Made by a program: the position numbers and the translations under genes
Part shown: positions 39,831 through 53,900 of the stretch, one piece after another
Layout: each line of letters begins with the position of its first letter
How positions within the stretch are numbered: position 1 is the first letter of the stretch
Source of the DNA: Octopus sinensis
Taxonomy: Eukaryota
Assembly (NCBI RefSeq): GCF_006345805.1
Contig: NC_043014.1
Span: 17,360,001 to 17,424,000 of the forward strand
Length of the DNA stretch: 64,000 nt
Reading direction: 5' to 3'
Notes under the pieces: model-generated
Told to the model about the DNA's origin: nothing
Databases searched by the model: none
Seen by the model: only the letters and a program-made list of their open reading frames with translations

Positions 39831-42800
39831 CTGCCAAAGCGAAAGATTCCGATTGTGCTGAACAACGGGGACTCTGCAATACACAGTACGCTGCTGTTAC
39901 TGCCAATGCGAAACTTTCCGAGTCTGCTGAACAACGGGGACTCTGCAATACACAGTACGCTGCTGTTACTGCCAAAGCGAAAGATTCCGAGTCTGCTGAA
40001 CAACGGGGACTCTGCAATACACAGTACGCTGCTGTTACTGCCAATGGGAAAGATTCCGAGTCTGCTGAACAATGGGGACTCTACAATACACAGTACGCTG
40101 CTGTTACTGCCAAAGTAAAAGATTCCGAGTCTGCTGAACAACGGGGACTCTACAATACACAGTACGCTGCTGTTACTGCCAATGGGAAAAATTCCGAGTC
40201 TGCTGAACAACGGGGACTCTACAATACACAGTACGCTGCTGATACTGCCAATGGGAAATATTCCGAGTCTGCTGAACAACGGGGACTCTGCAATACACAG
40301 TACGCAGCTGTTACCGCCAACTTGAAAGATTCCGAGTCTGCTGAACAACGGGGACTCTACAATACACAGTACGCTGCTGTTACTGCCAATGGGAAAAATT
40401 CCGAGTCTGCTGAACAACGGGGACTCTACAATACACAGTACGCTGCTGATACTGCCAACTTGAAAGATTCCGAGTCTGCTGAACAACGGGGACTCTACAA
40501 TACACAGTACGCTGCTGTTACTGCCAATGGGAAAAATTCCGAGTCTGCTGAACAACGGGGACTCTACAATACACAGTACGCTGCTGATACTGCAAATAGG
40601 AAAGATTCCGAGTCTGCTGAACAACGGGGACTCTACAATACACAGTACGCTGCTGTTACTGCCAATGGGAAAAATTCCGAGTCTGCTGAACAACGGGGAC
40701 TCTGCAATACACAGTACGCTGCTGATACTCTCAAATTGAAAGATTGCCTGTCAGCTGAACAACGGGGACTCTGCAATACACAGTACGCTGCTGTTACTGC
40801 CAAAGCGAAAGATTCCGACTGTGCTGAACAACGGGGACTCTGCAATACACAGTACGCTGCTGTTACTGCCAATGCGAAACTTTCCGAGTCTGCTGTACAA
40901 CGGGGACTCTGCAATACACAGTACGCTGCTGTTACTGCCAAAGCGAGAGATTCCGAGTCTGCTGAACAACGGGGACTCTGCAATACACAGTACCTTGCTG
41001 TTACTGCCAATGGGAAAGATTCCGAGTCTGCTGAACAACGGGGACTCTGGAATACACAGTACGCTGCTGTTACTGCCAACTTGAAAGATTCCGAGTCTGC
41101 TGAACAACGGGGACTCTACAATACACAGTACGCTGCTGTTACTGCCAATGGGAAAGATTCCGAGGCTGCTGAACAACGGGGACTCTACAATACACAGTAA
41201 GCTGCTGTTACTGCCAATGGGAAAGATTCCGAGTCAGCTGAACAACGGGGACTCTGCAATACACAGTACGCTGCTGTTACAGCCAATGGGAAAGATTCCG
41301 AGTCTGTTGAACAACGGGGACTCTGCAATACGCAGTACGCTGCTGTTACTGCCAATAGGAAAGATTCCGTGTCTGCTGAACAACGGGGACTCTGCAATAC
41401 ACAGTACGCTGCTGGTACTGCCAATGGGAAAGATTCCGAGTTTGCTGAACAACGGGGACTCTGCAATACACAGTACGCTGCTGTGACTGCCAAAGTAAAA
41501 GACTCCGAGTCTGCTGGACAACGGGGACTCTGCAATAAACAGTACGCTGCTGCTACTGCCAATGGGTAGGATTCCGAGTCTGCTGAACAACGGGGACTCT
41601 GCAATACACAGTACGCTGCTGTTACTGCCAAAGTAAAAGATTCCGAGTCTGCTGAACAACGGGCATTCCGCAATACACAGTACGCTGCTGTTACTGCCAA
41701 CTTGAAAGATTCCGAGTCTGCTGAACAACGGGGACGCTACAATACACAGTACGCTGCTGTTACTGCCAACTTGAAAGATTCCGAGTCTGCTGAACAACGG
41801 GGACTCTACAATACACAGTACGCTGCTGTTACTGCCAATGGGAAATATTCCGAGTCTGCTGAACAACGGGGACTCTGCAATACACAGTACGCTGCTGTTA
41901 CTGCCAATGCGAAAGATTCGAAGTCTGCTGAACAACGGGGACTCTACAATACACAGTACGATGCTGTTACTGCCAATGAGAAAGATTCCGAGTCTGCTGA
42001 ACAACGGGGACTCTGCAATACACAATACGCTGCTGTTACTGCCAATGGGAAAGATTCCGAGTCAGCTGAACAACGGGGAGTCTGCAATACACAGTACGCT
42101 GCTGTTACTGCCAATGGGAAAGATTCCGACTGTGCTGAACAACGGGGACTCTGCAATACACAGTACGCTGCTGTTACTGCCAATGGGAAAGATTCCGAGT
42201 CTGCTGAACAACGGGGACTCTGCAATACACAGTACGCTGCTGTTACTGCCAAAGGGAAAGATTCCGACTGTGCTGAACAACGGGGACTCTGCAATACACA
42301 GTACGCTGCTGTTACTGCCAAAGCGAAAGATTCCGAGTCTGCTGAACAACGGGGACTCTACAATACACAGTACGCTGCTGTTACTGCCAATAGGAAAGAT
42401 TCCGAGTCTGCTGAACAACGGGTACTTCCCAATACAGAGTACGCTGCTGTTACTGCCAATGGGAAAGATTCCGAGTCTGCTGAACAACGGGGACTATGCA
42501 ATACACAGTACGCTGCTGTTACTACCAAATTGAAAGATTCCCATTCAGCTGAACAACGGGGACTCTGCAATACACAGTACGCTGTTGTTACTGCCAAAGC
42601 GAAAGATTCCGACTGTGCTGAACAACGGGGACTCTGCAATACACAGTACGCTGCTGTTACTGCCAACTTGAAAGATTCTGAGTCTGCTGAACAACGGGGA
42701 CTCTGCAATACACAGTACGCTGCTGCTACTGCCAATGGGAAAGAATCCGAGTCTGCTGAACAACGGGGACTCTGGAATACACAGTACGCTGCTGTTACTG

Positions 42801-45800
42801 CCAACTTGAAAGATTCTGAGTCTGCTGAACAACGGGGACTCTGCAATACAAAGTACGCTGCTGTTACTGCCAACTTGAAAGATTCCGAGTCTGCTGAACA
42901 ACGGGGACTCTACAATACACAGTACGCTGCTGTTACTGCCAATGGGAAATATTCCGAGTCTGCTGAACAACGGGGACTCTGCAATACACAGTACGCTGCT
43001 GTTACTGCCAATGCGAAAGATTCCGAGTCTTCTGAACAACGGGGACTCTACAATACACAGTACGCTGCTGATACTGCCAATGTGAAAGATTCCGAGTCTG
43101 CTGAACAACGGGGACTCTACAATACTCAGTACGCTGCTGTTACTGCCAACTTGAAAGATTCCGAGTCTGCTGAACAACGGGGACTCTACAATACACAGTA
43201 CGCTGCTGTTACTGCCAACTTGAAAGATTCCGAGTCTGCTGAACAACGGGGACTCTACAATACACAGTACGCCGCTGTTACTGCCAACTCGAAAGATTCC
43301 GAGTCTGCTGAACAACGGGGACTCTACAATACACAGTACGCTGCTGTTACTGCCAACTTGAAAGATTCCGAGTCTGCTGAACAACGGGGACGCTACAATA
43401 CACAGTACGCTGCTGTTACTGCCAACTTGAAAGATTCCGAGTCTGCTGAACAACGGGGACTCTACAATACACAGTACGCTGCTGTTACTGCCAATGGGAA
43501 ACATTCCGAGTCTGCTGAACAACGGGGACTCTGCAATACACAGTACGCTGCTGTTACTGCCAATGCGAAAGATTCCGAGTCTTCTGAACAACGGGGACTC
43601 TACAATACACAGTACGCTGCTGATACTGCCAATGGGAAAGATTCGAAGTCTGCTGAACAACGGGGACTCTACAATACACAGTACGATGCTGTTACTGCCA
43701 ATGAGAAAGATTCCGAGTCTGCTGAACAACGGGGACTCTGCAATACACAGTACGCTGCTGTTACTGCCAACTTGAAAGATTCCGAGTCTGCTGAACAACG
43801 GGGACTCTGCAATACAAAGTACGCTGCTGTTACTGCCAATGGGAATGATTCCGAGTCTGTTGAACAACGGGGACTCTGCAATACACAGTACGCTGCTGCT
43901 ACTGCCATAGCGAAAGATTCCGAGTCTGCTGAACAACGGGGACTTTGCAATACAAAGTACGTTGCTGTTAATGCCAAAGTAAAAGATTCCGAGTCTGCTG
44001 AACAACGGGGACTCTGGAATACACAGTACGCTGCTGTTACTGCCAAATTGAAAGATTCCGAGTCTGCTGAACAACGGGGACTCTACAATACACAGTACGC
44101 TGCTGTTACTGCCAATGGGAAAGATTCCGTGTCTGCTGAACAACGAGGACTCTGCAATACACAGTACGCTGCTGTTACTGCCAACTTGAAAGATTCCGAG
44201 TCTGCTGAACAACGGGGACTCTGCAAAACACAGTACGCTGCTGTTACTGCCAATGGGAAAGATTCCGAGTCTGCTGAACAACGAGGACTCTGCAATACAC
44301 AGTACGCTGCTGATACTGCCAAAGTGAAATATTCCGAGTCTGCTGAACAACGGGGACTCTGCAATACACAGTACGCTGCTGTTACTGCCAATGGGAAAGA
44401 TTCCGAGTCTGCTGAACAACGGGGACTCTGCAATACACAGTACGCTGCTGATACTGTCAAATTGAAAGATTCCCAGTCAGCTGAACAACGGAGACTCTGC
44501 AATACACAGTACGCTGCTGTGACTGCCAAAGCGAAAGATTCCGACTGTGCTGATCAACGTGGACTCTGCAATACACAGTACGCTGCTGTTACTGCCAATG
44601 CGAAACTTTCCGAGTCTGCTGAACAACGGGGACTCTGCAATACACAGTACGCTGCTGTTACTGCCAAAGCGAAAGATTCCGAGTCTGCTGAACAACGGGG
44701 ACGCTGCAATACACAGTACGCTGCTGTTACTGCCAATGGGAAAGATTCCGAGTCTGCTGAACAACGGGGACTCTGGAATACATAGTACGCTACTGTTACT
44801 GCCAACTTGAAAGATTCCGAGTCTGCTGAACAACGGAGACTCTACAATACACAGTACGCTGCTGATACCGCCAATAGGAAAGATTCCGAGTCTGCTGAAC
44901 AACGGGGACTCTGCAATACACAGTACGCTGCTGTTACTGCCAAAGTAAAAGATTCCGAGTCTGCTGAACAACGGGGACTCTGGAATACACAGTACGCTGC
45001 TGTTACTGCCAAAGTAAAGATTCCGAGTCTGCTGAACAACGGGGACTCTGCAATACACAGTACGCTGCTGTTACTGCCAAAGTAAAAGATTCCGAGTCTG
45101 CTGAACAACGGGGACTCTGCAATACAAAGTACGCTGCTGTTACTGCCAAAGTAAAAGATTCCGAGTCTGCTGAACAACGGGGACTCTGCAATACACAGTA
45201 CGCTTCTGTTACTGCCAAAGAGAAAGATTCCGAGTCTGCTGAACAACGGGGACTCTACAATACACAGTACGCTGCTGTTACTGCCAACTTGAAAGATTCC
45301 GAGTCTGCTGAACAACGGGGACTCTACAATACACAGTACGCTGCTGTTACTGCCAACTTGAAAGATTCCGAGTCTGCTGAACAACGGGGACTCTACAATA
45401 CACAGTACGCTGCTGTTACTGCCAACTTGAAAGATTCCGAGTCTGCTGAACAACGGGGGCTCTACAATACACAGTACGCTGCTGTTACTGCCAACTTGAG
45501 AGATTCCGAGTCTGCTGAACAACGGGGACTCTATAATACAGAGTACGCTGCTGTTACTGCCAATTGGAAATATTCCGAGTCTGCTGAACAACGGGGACTC
45601 TGCAATACACAGTACGCTGCTGTTACTGCCAACTTGAAAGTTTCCGAGTCTGCTGAACAACGGGGACTCTACAATACACAGTACGCTGCTGATACTGCCA
45701 ATGGGAAAGATTCCGAGTCTGCTGAACAACGGGGACTCTACAATACACAGTACGCTGCTGTTACTGCCAATGGGAAAGATTCCGTGTCTGCAGAACAACG

Positions 45801-46200
45801 AGGACTCTGCAATACACAGTACGCTGCTGTTACTGCCAATGGGAAAGATTCCGAGTCTGCTGAACAACGGGGACTCTGCAATACACAGTACGCTGCTGTT
45901 ACTGTCAAATTGAAAGATTCCCAGTCAGCTGAACAACGGGGACTCTGCAATACACAGTACGCTGCTGTTACTGCCAAAGCGAAAGATTCCGACTGTGCTG
46001 AACAACGGGGACTCTGCAATACACAGTACGCTGCTGTTACTGCCAATGCGAAACTTTCCGAGTCTGCTGAACAACGGGGACTCTGCAATACACAGTACGC
46101 TGCTGTTACTGCCAAAGCGAAAGATTCCGTGTCTGCTGAACAACGGGGACTCTGCAATACACAGTACGCTGCTGTTACTGCCAATGGGAAGGATTCCGAG
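39830..46200. repeat. Recurrent B cassette of about 5 monomers (AAATTG..CCAGTCAGCT / AAAGCG..GACTGTGCT / AATGCGAAACTTT / AAAGCG / AATGGG)
   Basis: The marker AATGCGAAACTTTCC occurs at 39905, 40871, 44597 and 46045 (spacings 966 = 14x69, 3726 = 54x69, 1448 = 21x69-1), with further copies at 49336 and 55320. Confidence 0.85.
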
Positions 46201-49200
46201 TCTGCTGAACAACGGGGACTCTGCAATACACAGTACGCTGCTGTTACTGCCAATTGAAAGATTCCGGGTCTGCTGAACAACGGGGACTCTACAATACACA
46301 GTACGCTGCTGTTACTGCCAATGGGAAAGATTCCGAGTCTGCTGACAACGGGGACTCTACAATACATAGTACGCTGCTGTTACTGCCAATGGGAAAGATT
46401 CCGAGTCTGCTGAACAACGGGGACTCTGCAATACACAGTACGCTGCTGTTACTGCCAACGGAAAGATTCCGAGTCTGCTGAACAACGGGGACTCTGCAAT
46501 ACACAGTACGCTGCTGTTACTGCCAATAGGAAAGATTCCGTGTCTGCTGAACAACGGGACTCTGCAATACACAGTACGCTGCTGTTACTGCCAATGGGAA
46601 AGATTCCGAGTTGCTGAACAACGGGGACTCTACAATACACGTACGCTGCTGTTACTGGCAAAGTAAAAGATTCCGAGTCTGCTGAACAACGGGGACTCTG
46701 CAATACACAGTACGCTGCTTTTACTGCCAAAGTAAAATATTCCGAGTCTGCTGAACAACGGGGACACTGCAATACACAGTACGCTGCTGTTACTGCCAAA
46801 GTAAAAGATTCCGAGTCTGCTGAACAACGGGGACTCTGCAATACACAGTACGCTGCTGTTACTGCCAAAGTAAAAGATTCCGAGTCTGCTGAACAACGGG
46901 GACTCTGCAATACACAGTACGCTGCTGTTACTGCCAATGGGAAACATTCCGAGTCTGCTGAACAACCGGGACTCTGCAATACACAGTACGCTGCTGATAC
47001 TGTCAAATTGAAAGATTCCAAGTCAGCTGAACAACGGGGACTCTGCAATACACAGTACGCTGCTGTTACTGCCAATTGGAAAGATTCCGAGTCTGCTGAA
47101 CAACGGGGACTCTGCAATACACAGTACGCTGCTGTTACTGCAAACTTGAAAGATTCCGAGTCTGCTGAACAACGGGGACTCTACAAAACACAGTACGCTG
47201 CTGTTACTGCCAACTTGAAAGATTCCGAGTCTGCTGAACAACGGGGACTCTACAATACACAGTACGCTGCTGTTACTGCCAAATTGAAAGATTCCGAATC
47301 TGCTGAACAACGGGGACTCTACAATACACAGTACGCTGCTGATACTGCAAATGGGAAAGATTCCGAGTCTGCTGAACAACGGGGACTCTACAAAACACAG
47401 TACGCTGCTGTTACTGCCAACTTGAAAGATTCCGAGTCTGCTGAACAACGGGGACTCTCAATACACAGTACGCTGCTGTTACTGCAAATGGAAAGATTCT
47501 GAGTCTGCTGAACAACGGGGACTCTACAATACACAGTACGCTGCTGTTACTGCCAATGGGAAAGATTCCGAGTCTGCTGAACAACGGGGACTCTGCAATA
47601 CACAGTACGCTGCTGTTACTGCCAAATTGAAAGATTCCGAGTCTGCTGAACAACGGGGACTCTGCAATACACAGTACGCTGCTGTTACTGCCAAAGCGAA
47701 AGATTCCGACTGTGCTGAACAACGGGGACTCTGCAATACACAGTACGCTGCTGTTACTGCCAATGCGAAAGATTCCGAGTCTGCTGAACAACGGGGACTC
47801 TGCAATACACAGTACGCTGCTGTTACTGCCAAAGCGAAAGATTCCGAGTCTGCTGAACAAGGGGACTCTGCAATACACAGTACGCTGCTGTTACTGCCAA
47901 TGGGAAAGATTCCGAGTCTGCTGAACAACGGGACTCTGCAATACACAGTACGCTGCTGTTACTGCCAACTTGAAAGATTCCGAGTCTGCTGAACAACGGG
48001 GACTCTGCAATACACAGTACGCTGCTGTTACTGCCAATGGGAAAGATTCCGAGTCTGCTGAACAACGGGGACTCTGCAATACACAGTACGCTGCTGTTAC
48101 TGCCAATGGAAAGATTCCGAGTCTGCTGAACAACGGGGACTCTGCAATACACAGTACGCTGCTGTTACTGCCAATGGGAAAGATTCCGAGTCTGCTGAAC
48201 AACGGGACTCTGCAATACACAGTACGCTGCTGTTACTGCCAATAGGAAAGATTCCGTGTCTGCTGAACAACGGGGACACTGCAATACACAGTACGCTGCT
48301 GTTACTGCCAATGGGAAAGATTCCGAGTTTGCTGAACAAAGGGGACTCTGCAATACACAGTACGCTGCTGTTACTCCCAATGGGAAAGATTGTGAGTCTG
48401 CTGAACTACGGGACTCTGCAATACACAGTACGCTGCTGTTACTGCCAAGTAAAGATTCCGAGTCTGCTGAACAACGGGGACTCTGCAATACACAGTACGC
48501 TGCTGTTACTGCCAATGGGAAAGATTCCGAGTCTGCTGAACAACGGGGACTCTGCAATACACAGTACGCTGCTGTTACTGCCAATGGAAAGATTCCGAGT
48601 CTGCTGAACAACGGGACTCTGCAATACACAGTACGCTGCTGTTACTGCCATTGGGAAAGATTCCGAGTCTGCTGAACAACGGGGACTCTGCAATACACAG
48701 TACGCTGCTGCTACTGCCAATGGGAAAGAATCCGAGTCTGCTGAACAACGGGGACTCTGGAATACACAGTACGCTGCTGTTACTGCCAACTTGAAAGATT
48801 CTGAGTCTGCTGAACAACGGGGACTCTACGATACACAGTACGCTGCTGTTACTGCCAACTTGAAAGATTCCGAGTCTGCTGAACAACGGGGACTCTACAA
48901 TACACAGTACGCTGCTGTTACTGCCAATGGAAGATTCCGAGTCTGCTGAACAACGGGGACTCTACAATACACAGTACGCTGCTGTTACTGCCAAAATAAA
49001 AGATTCCGAGTCTCCTGAACAACGGGGACTCTGCAATACACAGTACGCTGCTGTTACTGCCAATGCGAAGATTCCGAGTCTGCTGAACAACGGGGACTCT
49101 GCAATACACAGTACGCTGCTGTTACTGCCAAGCGAAAGATTCCGAGTCTGCTGAACAACGGGGACTCTGCAATACACAGTACGCTGCTGTTACTGCCAAA

Positions 49201-50949
49201 GCAAAAGATTCCGAGTCTGCTGAACAACGGGGACTCTGCAATACACAGTACGCTGCTGTTACTGCCAAAGCAAAAGATTCCGAGTCTGCTGAACAACGGG
49301 GACTCTGCAATACACAGTACGCTGCTGTTACAGCCAATGCGAAACTTTCCGAGTCTGCTGAACAACGGGGACTCTGGAATACACAGAACGCTGCTGTTAC
49401 TGCCAAAGCGAAAGATCCCGAGTCTGCTGACCAACGGGGATTATGCAATACACAGTACGCTGCTGTTACTGCCAAAGCAAAAGATTCGTAGTCTGCTGAA
49501 CAACGGGGACTCTGCAATACACAGTACGCTGCTGTTACTGCCAAAGCAAAAGATTCCGAGTCTGCTGAACAACGGGGACTCTGCAATACACAGTACGCTG
49601 CTGTTACTGCCAATGAGAAAGATTCCGAGCCTGCTGAACAACGGGGACTCTGCAATACACAGTACGCCGCTGTTACTGCCAACTTGAAAAATTCCGAGTC
49701 TGCTGAACAACGGGGACTCCACAATACACAGTACGCTGCTGTTACTGCCAATGGGAATGTTTCCGAGTCTGCTGAACAACGGGGACTCTATAAAACACAG
49801 TACGCTGCTGTTACTGCCAAATTGAAAGATTCAGAGTCTGCTGAACAACGGGGACTCTGCAATACACAGTACGCTGCTGTTACTGCCAAATTGAAAGATT
49901 CAGAGTCTGCTGAACAACGGGGACTCTGTAATACACAGTACGCTGCTGTTACTGCCAAAGTAAAAGATTCCGAGTCTGCTGAACAACGGGGACTCTGTAA
50001 TACACAGTACGCTGCTGTTACTGCCATAGCGAAAGATGCCGACTCTGCTGAACAACGGGGACTCTGCAATACAAAGTACGCTGCTGTTACTGCCATAGCG
50101 AAAGATGCCGACTCTGCTGAACAACGGGGACTCTGCAATACACAGTACGCTGCTTTTACTGCCATAGCGAAGGATGCCGACTCTGCTGAACAACGGGGAC
50201 TCTGCAATACAAAGTACGCTGCTGTTACTGCCAAAGCGAAAGATTCCGAGTCTGCTGAACAACGGGGACTCTGCAATACACAGTACGCTGCTGTTACTGC
50301 CAATTGGAAAGATTCCGAGTCTGCTGAACAACGGGGACTCTGCAATACACAGTACGCTGCTGTTACTGCCAATGGGAAAGATTCCGAGTCTGCTGAACAA
50401 CGGGGACTCTACAATACACAGTACGCTGCTGTTACTGCCAAGCAAAAAGATTCCGAGTCTGCTGAACAACGGGGACTCTGCAATACACAGTACGCTGCTG
50501 TTACTGCCAAAGCAAAAGATTCCGAGTCTGCTGAACAACGGGGACTCTGGAATACACAGTACGCTGCTGCTACTGCCATGGCGAAAGATTCCGAGTCTAC
50601 TGAACAACGGGGACTCTGCAATACACAGTACGCTGCTGTTACTGCCAATGGGAAAGATTCCGAGTCTGCTGAACAACGGGGACTCTGCAATACACAGTAC
50701 GCTGCTGTTACTGCCAAAGTAAAAGATTCCGAGTCTGCTGAACATCGGGGACTCTGCAATACACAGTACGCTGCTGTTACTGCCAAAGAGAAAGATTCCG
50801 AGTCTGCTGAACAACGGGGACACTGCAATACAAAGTACGCTGCTGTTACTGCCAAAGTAAAAGATTCCGAGTCTGCTGGACAACGGGGACTCTGGAATAC
50901 ACAGTACACTTCTGTTACTGCCAAAGAGAAAGATTCCGAGTCTGCTGAA

Positions 50950-53900
50950 CAACGGGGACTCTACAATACACAGTACGCTACTGTTACTGCCAACTTGAAA
51001 GATTCCGAGTCTGCTGAACAACGGGGACTCCACAATACACAGTACGCTGCTGTTCCTGCCAACTTGAAAGATTCCGAGTCTGCTGAACAACGGGGACTCT
51101 ACAATACACAGTACGCTGCTGTTACTGCCAACTTGAAAGATTCCGAGTCTGCTGAACAACGGGGACTCTACAATACACAGTACGCTGCTGTTACTGCCAA
51201 CTTGAGATTCCGAGTCTGCTGAACAACGGGGACTCTGCAATACACAGTACGCTGCTGTTACTGCCAATGGAAAGATTCCGAGTCTGCTGAACAACGGGGA
51301 CTCTGCAATACACAGTACGCTGCTGTTACTGCCAATGGGAAAGATTCCGTGTCTGCTGAACAACGGGGACTCTGCAATACACAGTACGCTGCTGTTACTG
51401 CCAATGGGAAAGATTCCGAGTCTGCTGAACAACGGGGACTCTGGCAATACACAGTACGCTGCTGTTACTGCCAAAGCGAAAGATTCCGAGTCTGCTGAAC
51501 AACGGGGACTCTGCAATACACAGTACGCTGCTGTTACTGCCAATGCGAAAATTCCGAGTCTGCTGAACAACGGGGACTCTGCAATACACAGTACGCTGCT
51601 GTTACTGCCAAAGCGAAAGTTCCGAGTCTGCTGAACAACGGGGACTCTCAATACACAGTACGCTGCTGTTACTGCCAATGGGAAAGATTCCGATTCTGCT
51701 GAACAACGGGGACTCTGCAATACACAGTACGCTGCTGTTACTGCCAAAAAGTAAAAGATTCCGAGTCTGCTGAACAACGGGGACTCTACAATACACAGTA
51801 CGCTGCTGTTACTGCAATGGGAAAGATTCCGAGTCTGCTGAACAACGGGGACTCTGCAATACACAGTACGCTGCTGTTACTGCCAATGGGAAGATTCCGA
51901 GTCTGCTGAACAACGGGGACTCTGCAATACACAGTACGCTGCTTTTACTCCCAAAGAGAAAGATTCCGAGACTGCTGAACAACGAGCATTCCACAATACA
52001 CAGTACGCAGTGTTACTGCCAAGCAAAAGATTCCGAGTCTGCTGAACAACGGGGACTCTGCAATACACAGTACGCAGCTGTTACTGCCAACTTGAAAGAT
52101 TCCGAGTCTGCTGAACAACGGGGACTCTGCAATACACAGTACGCTGCTGTTACTGCCAAAGCAAATGGTTCCGAGTCTGCTGAACAACGAACATTCCACA
52201 ATACACAGTACGCTGCTGTTACTGCAAATGGAAAGATTCCGAGTCTGCTGAACAACGGGGACTCTGCAATACACAGTACGCTGCTGTTACTGCCAATGGG
52301 AAAGATTCCGAGTCTGCTGAACAACGGGACTCTGCAATACACAGTACGCTGCTGTTACTGCCAATGGGAAGATTCCGAGTCTGCTGAACAACGGGGACTC
52401 TGCAATACACAGTACGCTGCTGTTACTGCCAATGGGAAAGATTCCGAGTCTGCTGAACAACGGGGACTCTGCAATACACAGTACGCTGCTGTTACTGCCA
52501 AAGGAAAGATTCCGAGTGCTGCTAAAAACAACGGGACTCTGCATTACACAGTACGCTGCTGTTACTGCCAATGCGAAAGATTCCGAGTCTGCTGAACAAC
52601 GGGGACTCTGCAATACACAGTACGCTGCTGTTACTGCCAATGAGAAAGATTCCGAGTCTGCTGAACAACGGGGACTCTGCAATACACAGTACGCTGCTGT
52701 AATGCCAAAGTGAAAGATTCCGAGTCTGCTGAACAACGGGGACTCTGCAATACACAGTACGCTGCTGTTACTGCCAATAGAAAGATTCCGAGTCTGCTGA
52801 ACAACGGCGACTCTGCAATACACAGTACGCTGCTGTTACTGCCAACTGAAAGATTCCGAGTCTGCTGAACAACGGGGACTCTGCAATACACAGTACGCTG
52901 CTGTTATGCCAAACTGAAAGATTCCGAGTCTGCTGAACAACGGCGACTCTGCAATACACAGTACGCTGCTGTTACTGCCAACTTGAAAGATTCCGAGTCT
53001 GCTGAACAACGGGGACTCTGCAATACACAGTACGCTGCGGTTACTGCCAAAGAAAGATTCCGAGTCTGCTGAACAACGGGGACTCTACAATACACAGTAC
53101 GCTACTGTTACTGCCAACTTGAAAGATTCCGAGTCTGCTGAACAACGGGGACTCTACAATACACAGTACGCTGCTGTTACTGCCAACTTGAAAGATTCCG
53201 AGTCTGCTGAACAACGGGGACTCTACAATACACAGTACGCTGCTGTTACTGCCAACTTGAAAGATTCCGAGTCTGCTGAACAACGGGGACTCTACAATAC
53301 ACAGTACGCTGCTGTTACTGCCAACTTGAAAGATTCCGAGTCTGCTGAACAACGGGGACTCTACAATACACAGTACGCTGCTGTTACTGCCAAGTAAAAG
53401 ATTCCGAGTCTGCTGAACAACGGGGACTCTGCAATACACAGTACGCTGCTGTTACTGCCAAAGTGAAAGATTCCGAGTCTGCTGAACAACGGGGACTCTG
53501 CAATACACAGTACGCTGCTGTTACTGCCAATGGGAAAGATTCCGAGTCTGCTGAACAACGGGACTCTGCAATACACAGTACGCTGCTTTACTGCCAAAGA
53601 GAAAGATTCCGAGTCTGCTGAACAACGAGGATTCCACAATACACAGTACGCTGCTGTTACTGCCAAAGCAAAAGATTCCGAGTCTGCTGAACAACGGGGA
53701 CTCTACAATACACAGTACGCAGCTGTTACTGCCAAAGCAAAAGATTCCGAGTCTGCTGAACAACGGGGACTCTACAATACACAGTACGCAGCTGTTACTG
53801 CAAAGCAAAAGATTCCGAGTCTGCTGAACAACGGGGACTCTGCAATACACAGAACGCTGCTGTTACTGCCAAAGAGAAAGATTCCGAGTCTGCTGAACAA

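Noticed and set aside
39842-39860. tRNA/SINE origin suggested by the B-box-like GATTCCGAGTC (variant GGTTCCGAGTC) and the tRNA-like monomer length
   Set aside because: The match needs an extra base relative to GGTTCGANTCC, there is no A box at the proper distance, and no cloverleaf could be drawn.
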